Of a stretch of DNA of 26,343 nucleotides, positions 10,298 through 18,927 are shown piece by piece (position 1 is the stretch's first letter; each line of letters starts with the position of its first letter). Under the pieces are notes generated by a model, which made no database searches, was not told the origin of the DNA, and saw only the letters and a program-made list of their open reading frames with translations. This stretch comes from Acidobacteriota bacterium (GTDB lineage: Bacteria; Acidobacteriota; UBA6911; JACQSX01). The stretch is taken from positions 1 through 26,343 of the forward strand of contig DASXQR010000127.1 of assembly GCA_036507075.1 (NCBI GenBank), in the 5' to 3' direction. A program made the position numbers and the translations under genes.

Positions 10298-10420
10298 CCA
10301 GCCCGGCCGCTTTTTGGCTGGGCGGAAGAATAAAGCCCAGGGCGGAGCTTGCATGGCCCTGGACCGCCGACCATTTTTCTACGCCCTGAGCCCGACCGGT
10401 TTTTCGGGGCGGGCGACAGA
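10298..10420. repeat. REP-like cluster of short hairpins next to the transposase remnant
   Basis: Hairpins ccagcc..ggctgg (about 10298-10321), ccagggc..gccctgg (10337-10362) and gcccg..cgggc (about 10390-10414). Confidence 0.5.
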
Positions 10421-10444
10421 ATGCCGGTAGATCTAATCCCCCTG

Positions 10445-10620
10445 ATGCATTGCCTTCAGCAGCTTGGCCCATTCTTCAGCAAAACTCACCTTGCGGTGAT
10501 GTTCCTCCTGATTGGCAATATAGCGTCGGGTCCGCTCCACTTGAGAGGGACTCACGCTAACCGCTCCATATCCTTCCTGTCATTCAAAAACCAGGACAAA
10601 TCTGTTCCATCCAAGCGGGA
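10445..10620 (-). pseudogene. tnpA: C-terminal remnant of an IS200/IS605 TnpA (Y1 HUH) / RAYT-type transposase
   Basis: Manual translation FE*QEGYGAVSVSPSQVERTRRYIANQEEHHRKVSFAEEWAKLL matches the Y1 consensus WQxGYGAFSVS...YIxNQxxHH. The conserved Trp is a TGA at 10580-10582 and the N-terminal half is absent. Confidence 0.8.
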
Positions 10621-10632
10621 TGCGTGGCCATC

Positions 10633-11221
10633 TTACGCATACCTGCTGACCCAGCAATTGATTTCCTCAACGAGATAACGGTCTTCAAAGATGACATACT
10701 TTTCGCCGGTTTCAGATCTGCCGACGGCGACTCTTGTTCTGGGGGGGGAGACTTCCGATACCCGAAATGCTCAATCCTGTTTTGTTGCTCAGAATCATCC
10801 GATACTTGTTCAGATCCGAAGGAAAGAATTGCGTACTCTGCAATCGGTTATTGAAGAAGTTCAAGCGCAATCGCCCCGGGATTCCCAGGTTCGTGTGCGC
10901 TGAAACATCAATTGCAAGAATGTTAAACGGTGGCCGCCTGTCGCCCTTAGGCAGGCCGGACCTCTCGCTTACCTTCCATCCTTCGCCTGCCCTCAAACGA
11001 TCTCTGACTTGATCCGGCGACATGAAGCTGTCGAGCCCGGGAACAAGTGGCGTTGGCTTGGATGGAGGTTCAGTGGGACATTTCGCCTCACACGATATGG
11101 CGACAAAGCAACAAACAATCGCCGCAATTATAGTCACGAAGGCATTGGTCCACCACCAGCCCGGCATCCCGGTGGTGAGACACTGCGGATGGACTTTGTT
11201 GAAAAGAACCTGGTTCACCAC
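10633..11221 (-). pseudogene. Hypothetical exported protein, frameshifted in a C8 homopolymer
   Basis: ORF 10712..11221 has a hydrophobic N-terminal segment. Removing one C from the run at 10741-10748 extends it with RTRVAVGRSETGEKYVIFEDRYLVEEINCWVSRYA* (stop 10633-10635). Confidence 0.55.
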
Positions 11222-11276
11222 TTGAACTGTTTCAAACTCTGTCTATCGCATTCCTGCGAAATTGACCTGAAGTAGA

Positions 11277-11585
11277 TTACCTGGGACCGCCCAAAAACTC
11301 AGCAATCAGTTCTTTCGCTCCCGGAGGACCGGTCACTTCGAGGATGATGGGTCCGCCTCCGGCTTCGACAACTATTTTGAAGGTGAGAAACCGGCAGCAC
11401 TGACTCTCCAAAGAGACAAGATGGCTGAGCAGCATGAGAATTCCGGCGTCGGGCGCGAAGGTGTACTGATATCCCTCGGGAAGAGGTTCCACGCTCTCAA
11501 TTGCACTGCCGACGCTGTCAAGAACCGTTCGACGCCGTTCTTGCAGTTGAACTTCAGTAAGAGTGCACGCGATGGGTAATTCCAT
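11277..11585 (-). CDS. Conserved small hypothetical protein (PIACTL...ESQCCRFLTF motif; resembles the Cys-containing domain found with MerR/metal-response genes)
   Basis: MELPIACTLTEVQLQERRR...LVSLESQCCRFLTFKIVVEAGGGPIILEVTGPPGAKELI; likely start ATG 11585. Confidence 0.7.
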   Translation of the reverse strand: MELPIACTLTEVQLQERRRTVLDSVGSAIESVEPLPEGYQYTFAPDAGILMLLSHLVSLESQCCRFLTFKIVVEAGGGPIILEVTGPPGAKELIAEFLGGPR

Positions 11586-11627
11586 GGTTGTTGATTGGAC
11601 TTTGAAATCCAACTATTAATTCTTGGC

Positions 11628-11653
11628 CTTCGTGTTCTTTGTGTCTTTGTGGT
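11628..11653. repeat. Single arm of the ACCACRRAGRCACRRAG REP-like repeat family
   Basis: cttcgtgttctttgtgtctttgtggt, same family as the copies at 24029, 24997 and 25501. Confidence 0.7.
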
Positions 11654-11899
11654 TATAATTTCTCAGCCCATATTGGTTATTCTACCGAGGAAAACGGGCC
11701 AGTCGTCTAGGGAGTCCTGGCTCCCATCTTGAACGATTTCGGAACTTCCCTTCGTTTCGATCACCCTCGCCCATTCATGAGCCTGACAAACGGTAGAATT
11801 CTATCTGAATTTAGCAGCCGCCAGGTATCGGCACAAAATGTTGGAACTCCCCAGCCACCTTTCCCTCCCAGCGCATCTTAACAATCACAGGAGGCACTC

Positions 11900-12727
11900 A
11901 TGAGATTTGGCCGAATCACCAGCGCTTTCTTCTTCCTGCTCTTCTTCCACCTCAGTTATGTGCCGGATTTGTTGGCGCAAGCTCCCAGTATTGATGAACA
12001 AGTCATCTTTCCTATTGCCGTGGACTTGCTCCGCTCAGATGCACCCATTTACCGGACACTCTACGGATTTCTAAACCTTGGGCCGGGAGAGTTTCGACCA
12101 AGAATGGAGTTCTTCAGCATCAGCGGTGGGAATTTTTTGACGACCAGTGGTCTGTCCGTTCCAGTGAACGGAATGGTGGAGTTCCCCAGGTTCCTCGATA
12201 TCGTAGTTCTCGAGCATAACGGTTGGGCGCGCACCGCTGTCCCTCCGGGCCAGAGAGTGCTTGTCTGGGCGAGTATTTCAACTTTTCAGTTCCGCCCAGG
12301 TGGTGTTTTTGAACAGGAATTGACCGGCACCACACGCCTTGACGCAGTTCGCCCTGCCAGGCGCTTTCGAGCTCCATTCTTCAACGCTCCCGAGTTCAGA
12401 CGCAGGACGTTTGGCTACACTGCACCCAACCGCGCGGCGGAGCTTCGACGCACAGCGTACTCGGTGGTCAATGCCTCCGCCAACCAGCCAGCGCTAATCC
12501 GAGTCGATGCGTTCGACACACAAGGCAAACCTCTCTGCTCAACTTCCCTCACCATTCTCCCGCTGGTTCGGCGTAACTTTTACGTGACTGATTTTTTTCC
12601 AAACTGCGATGTTGGTTCGGAAGGGTCGCTACTTTTCGACTCCAATACTCCGATTGCGGTTGGCGCCGTTGACGTGTTTTTTCCCGAAGGTAAGTTCCTT
12701 GGAGTTCCAGTGGTCGCCGAACCTTGA
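11900..12727 (+). CDS. Secreted hypothetical protein (beta-rich two-lobe domain)
   Basis: 275 aa. AGGAGG RBS at 11889-11894; signal peptide MRFGRITSAFFFLLFFHLSYVPDLLA. Confidence 0.75.
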   Translation: MRFGRITSAFFFLLFFHLSYVPDLLAQAPSIDEQVIFPIAVDLLRSDAPIYRTLYGFLNLGPGEFRPRMEFFSISGGNFLTTSGLSVPVNGMVEFPRFLDIVVLEHNGWARTAVPPGQRVLVWASISTFQFRPGGVFEQELTGTTRLDAVRPARRFRAPFFNAPEFRRRTFGYTAPNRAAELRRTAYSVVNASANQPALIRVDAFDTQGKPLCSTSLTILPLVRRNFYVTDFFPNCDVGSEGSLLFDSNTPIAVGAVDVFFPEGKFLGVPVVAEP

Positions 12728-12928
12728 TTCGTTCTGTTGGTGACTCACAGTCACTCAGGTGCCTAAAGAGACCTGAGCGGCATTTTCGCGGATGGGGCCT
12801 CGTCGAATCGTTACTGATGAATGCACTTTCATCGGTGCCTTTCAGGAAGCATGGAGGTTGCGTCGGCAGCCAATCGAGGTCAATAATTACTACGAAGGTG
12901 CTCAAAAAGTGAGACACCTCAGTTGTAG

Positions 12929-12957
12929 TTGAGCTGTACGGCGGTCTGCCGTACAAT
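12929..12957 (+). promoter_or_regulatory. Sigma70 promoter overlapped by a palindromic operator for the DUF1778 antitoxin
   Basis: TTGAGC (12929-12934), 17-bp spacer, TACAAT (12952-12957). Perfect inverted repeat TGTACGGC-N5-GCCGTACA (12935-12955). Confidence 0.7.
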
Positions 12958-12974
12958 TTTTTGAGAGGGAACAA

Positions 12975-13286
12975 ATGCCACGGCATCAAATTGGAATCAA
13001 GACTGGAAAGATTGAGCGTCTGGAGGCAAGGGTAACGCGCGATCAAAAACGGATCATCGCGCGCGCGGCGGAGCTGCGTGGAACCTCGGTGACGGACTTT
13101 GTAGTCGCAAGCGCCCAGCGGGCCGCTGCTGAGACCATCAAGGATTTCGAGACACTGATTCTGCACGACGAGGCACGCGACGCTTTCGTCAAAGCGCTCC
13201 TGAATCCGCCCGCTCCCTCCACGGCTGCTAAGGCTGGAGCGCGGCGATACAAGAGACGTATGGGGCGAGATCGTCAAATGCTATGA
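12975..13286 (+). CDS. DUF1778 (TacA/AtaR-type RHH) antitoxin, orphan
   Basis: ERLEARVTRDQKRIIARAAELRGTSVTDFVVASAQRAAAETIKDFETLILHDEARDAFVKALLNPPAPSTAAKAGARRY; GAGAGGGG RBS upstream. Confidence 0.88.
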   Translation: MPRHQIGIKTGKIERLEARVTRDQKRIIARAAELRGTSVTDFVVASAQRAAAETIKDFETLILHDEARDAFVKALLNPPAPSTAAKAGARRYKRRMGRDRQML

Positions 13287-13489
13287 CGCTATCGGCCTTG
13301 GTCCACAGTCCGACTTTGCCGCACGGCCCTTTCCTCATTAAAGAGCTTTGTCGATCGGACAGCTACTTAGGGAAACTCTAATGCCTGTCACTACAATAAA
13401 ACCTAAGTTACTGTCGACTTTGAATCTTTTTCCAGGCGGTGAAGCTTTGCACCGGCCCGCAACTGGACTCGGTCGACGCGAGACGATTC

Positions 13490-13670
13490 GGAAGTAAGCC
13501 TTTATTTTAGCGGCTATCAGCATCCGCCGCTGTTCGAGGAAGGTGTCGTAGTCAGGAACATCGCCGTTGATGATGGTCTCCGGAATACAGTGCTCGTTCA
13601 GATTCGCTCTCAATTCCTTCAGGTCGGTGATGCCGCCATATTTCTTTTTGCCGCCGTTGCACTGCTCATC
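13490..13670 (-). pseudogene. C-terminal fragment resembling a DUF262 / GmrSD-family protein
   Basis: [59 protein letters not shown] resembles the C-termini of DUF262 proteins (recognised from memory). The rest of the gene is absent. Confidence 0.55.
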
Positions 13671-13845
13671 AGCCTGTTAATCTGCACGTACCGCCAAGCA
13701 ACCACCTCGAGGCTTGAAGCGTGAGTAGAAGTGACCCCGCAGTATCAGGGTCAACGATAGGCTGCGAATCATATTTCGTGTTGCCCACCATCGGGGATTT
13801 CATGACGCCGCGCCAGCATGGTCGGGCGGCACCAGTCGCTTGAAG

Positions 13846-14934
13846 CTATCGACGCTGCCGTTTAGCGGGTGTCCTCCTGCCGGTCGTGCGGCGCGCGGCC
13901 GGCTGCGCTCCTCGGATCACGAGTCTGGATGTCGACTGTCGCACTTCCAGTCGGGGCTCCAGGAGAATTATCCTGGCTGGCGCCGCGCCCTTCGCGTTCA
14001 CCAGTGCAAGCGCCAATTGGCCTGCTTTTCGACCCATCGTTTCCGTCTGCTGCGAAATGGAGGTGAGCGGGACACGGAGAAACTTGGAATAATGAACGTT
14101 GCCGCAGCCAACCACGGCCACATCGTCGGGGATCTTCAAGCCGTGATCCAGTATGGCAAGCGTCGCTCCCACCGCCGTAGGATCGTTGAAGCAGAACACA
14201 CCGTCAGGCCTCGGCCGGACGCCGAGGAGGTGCTCCATCGCCTCATACCCTGTTACATCGCCGAGATCGTCGGCATGCGCCCGCCGCGATACGATCAAGT
14301 CATCCTGCACCGAAATGCCGCGCCGCCGGAGAGTCTGCAGGTAGCCGTCGAGGCGCCCGCTCGCGGTGCTGACGTCCCCGCCCGCGATATGCGCGATCCG
14401 CCGGCAGCCGACGTCGAGCAGGTGCTGCGTTGCGAGGCGGCCCACATGCACGTCGTCGACACCGATAAAATTTGCAGAAAGCCGTTCGAACTTCCGATCG
14501 ATCAGCACGTACGGTGTGCGCCGTTCCTCGATGCGGCCGAAGCTCTCAGGAGCCGTCTGTACGGAAGCGATGATCAGCGCATCCACTCCCCGTGCGAGCA
14601 GATGTTCGATTTCGTTCTGCTCCAGTGCCGGATCCTCTTCTGAGGAGGAAATCACGAGGCTATAGCCCCTGCTTCGCAGGACCGCCGAGAGGCCCTTGGC
14701 GACTTCCGCAAAGAACGGATGCACCAGGTCAGGTACGACGAGCGCGATGACCTTGGATCGTCCGGTGACGAGCGCCTGCGCCGCCGCATTTGGTGTGTAG
14801 TTCAGCTCCTTGATCCGCTTCAGCACGCGCCGGCGGGTTTCCTCACTGATGTCGGGAACGTTCCGAATCACCTTCGACACGGTCATCACGGACACCCCGA
14901 GGTCCCGGGCGATGTCTTTCATGCTTGTTGGCAT
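13846..14934 (-). CDS. LacI-family transcriptional regulator
   Basis: HTH SMKDIARDLGVSVMTVSKVIRN; hinge LNYTPNAAAQAL; sugar-binding domain with PDGVFCFNDPTAVG and VPLTSISQ. Confidence 0.95.
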   Translation of the reverse strand: MPTSMKDIARDLGVSVMTVSKVIRNVPDISEETRRRVLKRIKELNYTPNAAAQALVTGRSKVIALVVPDLVHPFFAEVAKGLSAVLRSRGYSLVISSSEEDPALEQNEIEHLLARGVDALIIASVQTAPESFGRIEERRTPYVLIDRKFERLSANFIGVDDVHVGRLATQHLLDVGCRRIAHIAGGDVSTASGRLDGYLQTLRRRGISVQDDLIVSRRAHADDLGDVTGYEAMEHLLGVRPRPDGVFCFNDPTAVGATLAILDHGLKIPDDVAVVGCGNVHYSKFLRVPLTSISQQTETMGRKAGQLALALVNAKGAAPARIILLEPRLEVRQSTSRLVIRGAQPAARRTTGRRTPAKRQRR

Positions 14935-14939
14935 CGCTC

Positions 14940-16277
14940 TCACCCGCCCGTTCCGCGTCGCGGTTTATATCCTTCGAAAGGGACCGGTCCGTCAGCCGGA
15001 AGCCCGTTCAGGACAGCGCTCAGTCGCGTGCGCGCAGCCACGACATCCGCGTCTCGGCTCGTTCGCAAATCGGTATCCTCGAATGGGTCGACACTCAGAT
15101 CGAAAAGCGAGCCATCGGAGTCCAGCTTGTATCTGTGCTCTCGAACCATGCGGCTCGTGCCGCGCTGTGCGTAGATCCACGCTCTTTTGTTTTTCGCCCT
15201 CCCGGTGAGGGAACCGACAAACGATCGTCCATCGAGTCGAAGCCCTGCGGGCACGGTCACGCCCGCGAGCTCGCACAGTGTCGGGAAGACATCGGAAAAA
15301 TCAATCAGGTCGGTAGAGACTCGCGCTGACGTCGTCAGCCACGGCGCCCGCACGATGAACGGTACGTGAACGCCGAGATCCGTCAGGCGCCCTTTCCCGG
15401 GCGGGAATGGCACCCCGTTCAGGCTCCCGGGAATGGGACTGCCGTTATCGGCGGCAAATACAATGAAGGTATTGTCGGCTAAGCCGAGCCCATCGACCTC
15501 CTTGATAAAGGTGCCGAAAAGCTTATCCATGTAGCTGAGCATTCCAGCGAACAGACCCTTTTCATCTCGCAGCGGATTCGCGCGGTTGTCAGGCGTGGGC
15601 TCACCGGGTCCATGGACCAGGATACTCGGGTAGTACAACAGGAACGGTCGATCCCGATGCCGGCGAACAAAATCTCGCGCGAAGTCGTTGACGATGTCAG
15701 GCCCGTACTTTCCCCGGTGCGTCTTCCGTTCACCATTGATTTGAAGGAACGGATCCGCGTAGCGCTGAGCGCTCGCGGGATTGCCGTTTTCGACTCCCGT
15801 CCACATGCAGTCCTCGTCAAAGCCGTGACGTTTGAGCGCATCGGGATACGCACGAAAATCATTGATCTGCCATTTGCCCGTAATCCCGGTCGCATACCCC
15901 GCGTCGCGCAAAAGACGCGTGAAGGTTGTTTCGCGTTCCCAGTCGAGACCCTTTCCTCCCCAGCGCGGGACATCGTAGTGGTCGACCCAGCCGGTGCGAA
16001 ACGGATAGCGGCCGGTGAGAAGTTCCACCCGCGTCGGCGTGCAGCTAGGCATGGAGTAGGCCGTTTCGAACCGCACGCCCAGTGCGGCAAACGCGTCGAC
16101 GTGCGGCGTCGATTGCGCCGCGCCGTAGCATCCAATCCAGTCGCGCCCCATGTCGTCGACCAGGAAGAGAACGATATTTGGCTTGCGGCGAGATGGCCTG
16201 GCCGATTCACGTTGAGCTGCACCGAGAGGCGCGGCCGTCGCCGCCGCGACCGTTGTCAGAAATAGCCGCCGGTTCAT
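14940..16277 (-). CDS. Tat-exported formylglycine-dependent (S1) sulfatase
   Basis: Tat signal MNRRLFLTTVAAATAAPLGAA; KPNIVLFLVDDMG; CTPTR (CxPxR) motif; GYATGITGKW. Confidence 0.93.
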   Translation of the reverse strand: MNRRLFLTTVAAATAAPLGAAQRESARPSRRKPNIVLFLVDDMGRDWIGCYGAAQSTPHVDAFAALGVRFETAYSMPSCTPTRVELLTGRYPFRTGWVDHYDVPRWGGKGLDWERETTFTRLLRDAGYATGITGKWQINDFRAYPDALKRHGFDEDCMWTGVENGNPASAQRYADPFLQINGERKTHRGKYGPDIVNDFARDFVRRHRDRPFLLYYPSILVHGPGEPTPDNRANPLRDEKGLFAGMLSYMDKLFGTFIKEVDGLGLADNTFIVFAADNGSPIPGSLNGVPFPPGKGRLTDLGVHVPFIVRAPWLTTSARVSTDLIDFSDVFPTLCELAGVTVPAGLRLDGRSFVGSLTGRAKNKRAWIYAQRGTSRMVREHRYKLDSDGSLFDLSVDPFEDTDLRTSRDADVVAARTRLSAVLNGLPADGPVPFEGYKPRRGTGG

Positions 16278-16278
16278 A

Positions 16279-17189
16279 TCATGCACTCCACTTCTCGAAG
16301 TCGACGAGGTCCTCCGCTTCCTTGAGGCGTCTGGCGAGCAACGTCTTCAATTCGCGTACGCGGCCGGCGTGGCGGGAATCGGTAGCGAGATTCTTTGTCT
16401 CGAGCGGATCGCTCACCAGATCGAACAGCTGGACGCCCGCCATGCGGTTGTAGAACACGCCGAATCCCGCGCGAACGGCGGTTCTGCCGTGGCCGAACAC
16501 ATCCCACGCGATGCCGATGCGCGGCGCAAAATGCACGCCGCGGTTATCCATCAGCGAGTCGGGAACGCTCGTGTCGAGCGTCGGCGAGATCATCCCGTTG
16601 AACGCGTTGCCGGTACCCTCCGCGATAGCGCCGATATAGTTGGCGGTGAACACCTGTCCGGTCACCGGGTGCCGGCCCACTCGGACGTTGTTCACAAGGG
16701 CGGGCTGAATCAGCTGGACCTTGCGCGTGGCATTGTAGGCCGCCGGCAAGAAGCCGGCCATGCCTCCACCGGCAATTCTCGCGTGCGGCATCAGATAAAA
16801 ACGCATTCCGACGTCCAGCGTCAGCCTCGCCGTGACTTTGAACGTGTCCTGCACGAACCACTCGATATTGCTGACCAACGCCTCCGGAATCGGGCGCGCC
16901 GAAGGCTCTGAATACTGGTTGAACACGCCCAGAGTGGCGTTGCTGTACGCGTAGCCCGTGTCGAAGGGGTTATTTACGTTGCGGCCAAAATCGATCGCGC
17001 CGTTGAAGGTCACTCCGTTGCCATGGTTCTTTGGCCGGTCGAGACGTTCGTCAGCTGAACTTTGGCGCCGACGAATGTGGCCCCCGACGGGTCGACGACC
17101 GTGCCCGAAACGGATCCCGTGATGCTTTGGCCCGCGACCAACATCAAGGCGAGAAACAGACATTCACAGATGCAAATTAATAGCCGCAT
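16279..17189 (-). pseudogene. Chimeric deletion remnant: TonB-dependent receptor N-terminus + internal barrel fragment + sulfatase C-terminus
   Basis: RBS and ATG 17189 start MRLLICICECLFLALMLVAGQSITGSVSGTVVDPSGATFVGAKVQLTNVSTG (stop 17010). A second frame gives TBDR barrel sequence (WFVQDTFKVTARLTLDVGMRFY...FAPRIGIAWDVFGHGRTAVRAGFGVFYNR). This is fused at about 16437 to a sulfatase tail, QLFDLVSDPLETKNLATDSRHAGRVRELKTLL. Confidence 0.8.
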
Positions 17190-17224
17190 GCTGCCTCCCG
17201 CCGGGGGACTGTTCCGGCGACGTG

Positions 17225-18748
17225 CTATTTCAAACTTCCGCGCAGCGTCAGTTTCAGCGCGTACGCATACTTGCAGGGTTTCTCCGACGGGAGCTCCACA
17301 TCCAGGGCGTCCGCCGTTCGCGTCCAACGGATCCGCGAGGGCGATCCGAGCAACGCGATCGTCGCAATGCGGGCCGATGCAAGCGGCCCTCCGGTTCTGA
17401 GCGTCTTGATTTGTAGCTTTCCGTCTTCAGGCCAGCCGAGCGCGACAGCAAACAGCTCGTTGCGCTTGCGTGTAAACCGGATGTCTTCCGCATTCGCCGC
17501 ATCGAACCGCCAGAATCGATGGCGCGCGCGCTCGTACACCAGCTTTTCGGTGGGACCCTCAGTCTGAACCTGCCAGGGCCGCGTGCCGTAGATCGCTTCG
17601 CCGTTCACCTTCAGCCACTCCCCGATTTCGGCGAGGACGCGCTTCTGGTTTTCCGGAATGACGCCGTTCGCCATCGGTGCGAGCGATAACAGGAGACCGC
17701 CGCCGCGCGCGACCCGGTCCACGAATCCCACGATGATCTCGCGCGGCGTCCGCAGTACGAGATCGTGCGCATACCCCCAGCCGACTTCCGCGATGCTCTG
17801 GTCATCGATCCAGGGCTTCGCCACGAAGTCGGGGCGATCCCGGCCCGTCTCGTAAGTGAGCATGCCGACATCCTCAGGAAAGTTGAACTTCATGGTCCCG
17901 GCGAATTTGTTGAGCACGGCAACGGGAACTCGTCGCGCGGCCGCCTGGTTGTAGTAATGCGCAAGCGTCGAGAGCACCGGCAGCGCAACATCGGGAGAAG
18001 TAAAGTTTCCACCGTCAAACCAGAAGACATCGGGACGGTACTTGTCAATCACCTCGATGAGCTTTCGTTCCCAGACGCGGATGAATTCGGACTTGGTCGA
18101 TGTGTGGTGGTTCCAGTAAAAATCGGCGTAGCGCGGATCGTACAGGTCGACACCGGCTTTCTTCTGTTCTTCCTGGACTTTCTCATTCGGCAGATACCAG
18201 TCGAAGGTCCGCATGTGATGTTCTGTCGCGATGACCTTCAGGTTGCGCGAGCGCAGCGCCTTGACGAGATCGCCGTAGAGATCGCGCTTCGGTCCCATCC
18301 TGCCGGCGTTCCACCGGTACACGTCGCTGTCCCACAAGCCGAAGCCATCGTGGTGGACGACCGCGATCCCGGCGTACTTTGCGCCCGACGCCCGAATGAC
18401 ATCGGACCATTCGTCCGGGTTGAAGTTCTCAGCGCGGAACTTCGGGATCAGGTCCTTGTAGCCGACCTCGTTCTGAGGTCCGAACATCTTGCGGTGGTAC
18501 TCGTACGCACCCCGGTTATCATTAGGGTCGTACATGATCTTTCCGTACCACTCAGTCTTGTACGCCGGCACGGCATACACGCCCCAGTGCGCATAGATTC
18601 CGAATTTTGCGTCGAGCAGCCATTGCGGGGTTTCATGTTTGGCCAGAGATTGCCAGTCCAGCTCGTACGGGCCGGGAACTCCCACAGTCGGCGCAGACCA
18701 GGCGGTACATAGACAAGCGATACACGACCAGAGGAGGGTGATTTTCAT
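17225..18748 (-). CDS. Alpha-L-fucosidase (GH29), secreted
   Basis: Signal peptide; WLLDAKFGIYAHWGVYAVPA; HHDGFGLWDS; nucleophile region PDVFWFDGG; GEWLKVNGEAIYGTRPW. Confidence 0.95.
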   Translation of the reverse strand: MKITLLWSCIACLCTAWSAPTVGVPGPYELDWQSLAKHETPQWLLDAKFGIYAHWGVYAVPAYKTEWYGKIMYDPNDNRGAYEYHRKMFGPQNEVGYKDLIPKFRAENFNPDEWSDVIRASGAKYAGIAVVHHDGFGLWDSDVYRWNAGRMGPKRDLYGDLVKALRSRNLKVIATEHHMRTFDWYLPNEKVQEEQKKAGVDLYDPRYADFYWNHHTSTKSEFIRVWERKLIEVIDKYRPDVFWFDGGNFTSPDVALPVLSTLAHYYNQAAARRVPVAVLNKFAGTMKFNFPEDVGMLTYETGRDRPDFVAKPWIDDQSIAEVGWGYAHDLVLRTPREIIVGFVDRVARGGGLLLSLAPMANGVIPENQKRVLAEIGEWLKVNGEAIYGTRPWQVQTEGPTEKLVYERARHRFWRFDAANAEDIRFTRKRNELFAVALGWPEDGKLQIKTLRTGGPLASARIATIALLGSPSRIRWTRTADALDVELPSEKPCKYAYALKLTLRGSLK

Positions 18749-18810
18749 TCAGTTCTCTCGCTGAACGTCTTCCGATCGCATCAGAACTCCCGCATTGTAG
18801 TAGACGGGGA

Positions 18811-18855
18811 TTAACGGTATAGTTAACGATACAGTTAACGTCGCTAACATGTCAA
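18811..18855 (-). promoter_or_regulatory. Promoter of the fucosidase locus with three 12-bp-spaced TTAACG repeats (putative operator)
   Basis: Minus-strand TTGACA (18855-18850), 18-bp spacer, TATCGT (18831-18826). Repeats ttaacggtatag / ttaacgatacag / ttaacgtcgcta at 18811, 18823 and 18835. Confidence 0.6.
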
Positions 18856-18927
18856 TCAACAAACTCGGCCATCGTTGCGGTTTGGGTCAACGCCGTATCA
18901 CTACCGCGCTGCGATTGCTTCGGGAGC

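Noticed and set aside
10580..10582. In-frame TGA in the TnpA remnant as Sec or Trp recoding
   Set aside because: It replaces a Trp in a truncated, frameshifted fragment, and other genes in the window use TGA as a normal stop, so it is a nonsense mutation.
11718..11760. tggctcc match to the tRNA-Asn 3' end as an att site, with a WLP..ILNDF-like recombinase tail
   Set aside because: Only 7 bp match, the peptide similarity requires a frameshift, and no recombinase is present; too weak to call.
12549..13277. 242-aa minus-strand ORF as the missing toxin
   Set aside because: It is antisense to the DUF1778 gene and the end of the 275-aa gene, and has no GNAT acetyl-CoA-binding motif.
17765..18712. 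Long plus-strand ORFs (also 7076..7810, 13840..14643, 15612..16265, 23469..24098)
   Set aside because: They are antisense shadows of well-supported minus-strand genes in GC-rich DNA and have no recognisable motifs.
18811..18880. GTTAAC repeats as an integron attI site for the downstream cassette
   Set aside because: There is no adjacent intI, and the repeats overlap a good promoter for the fucosidase locus, so an operator is the simpler explanation.
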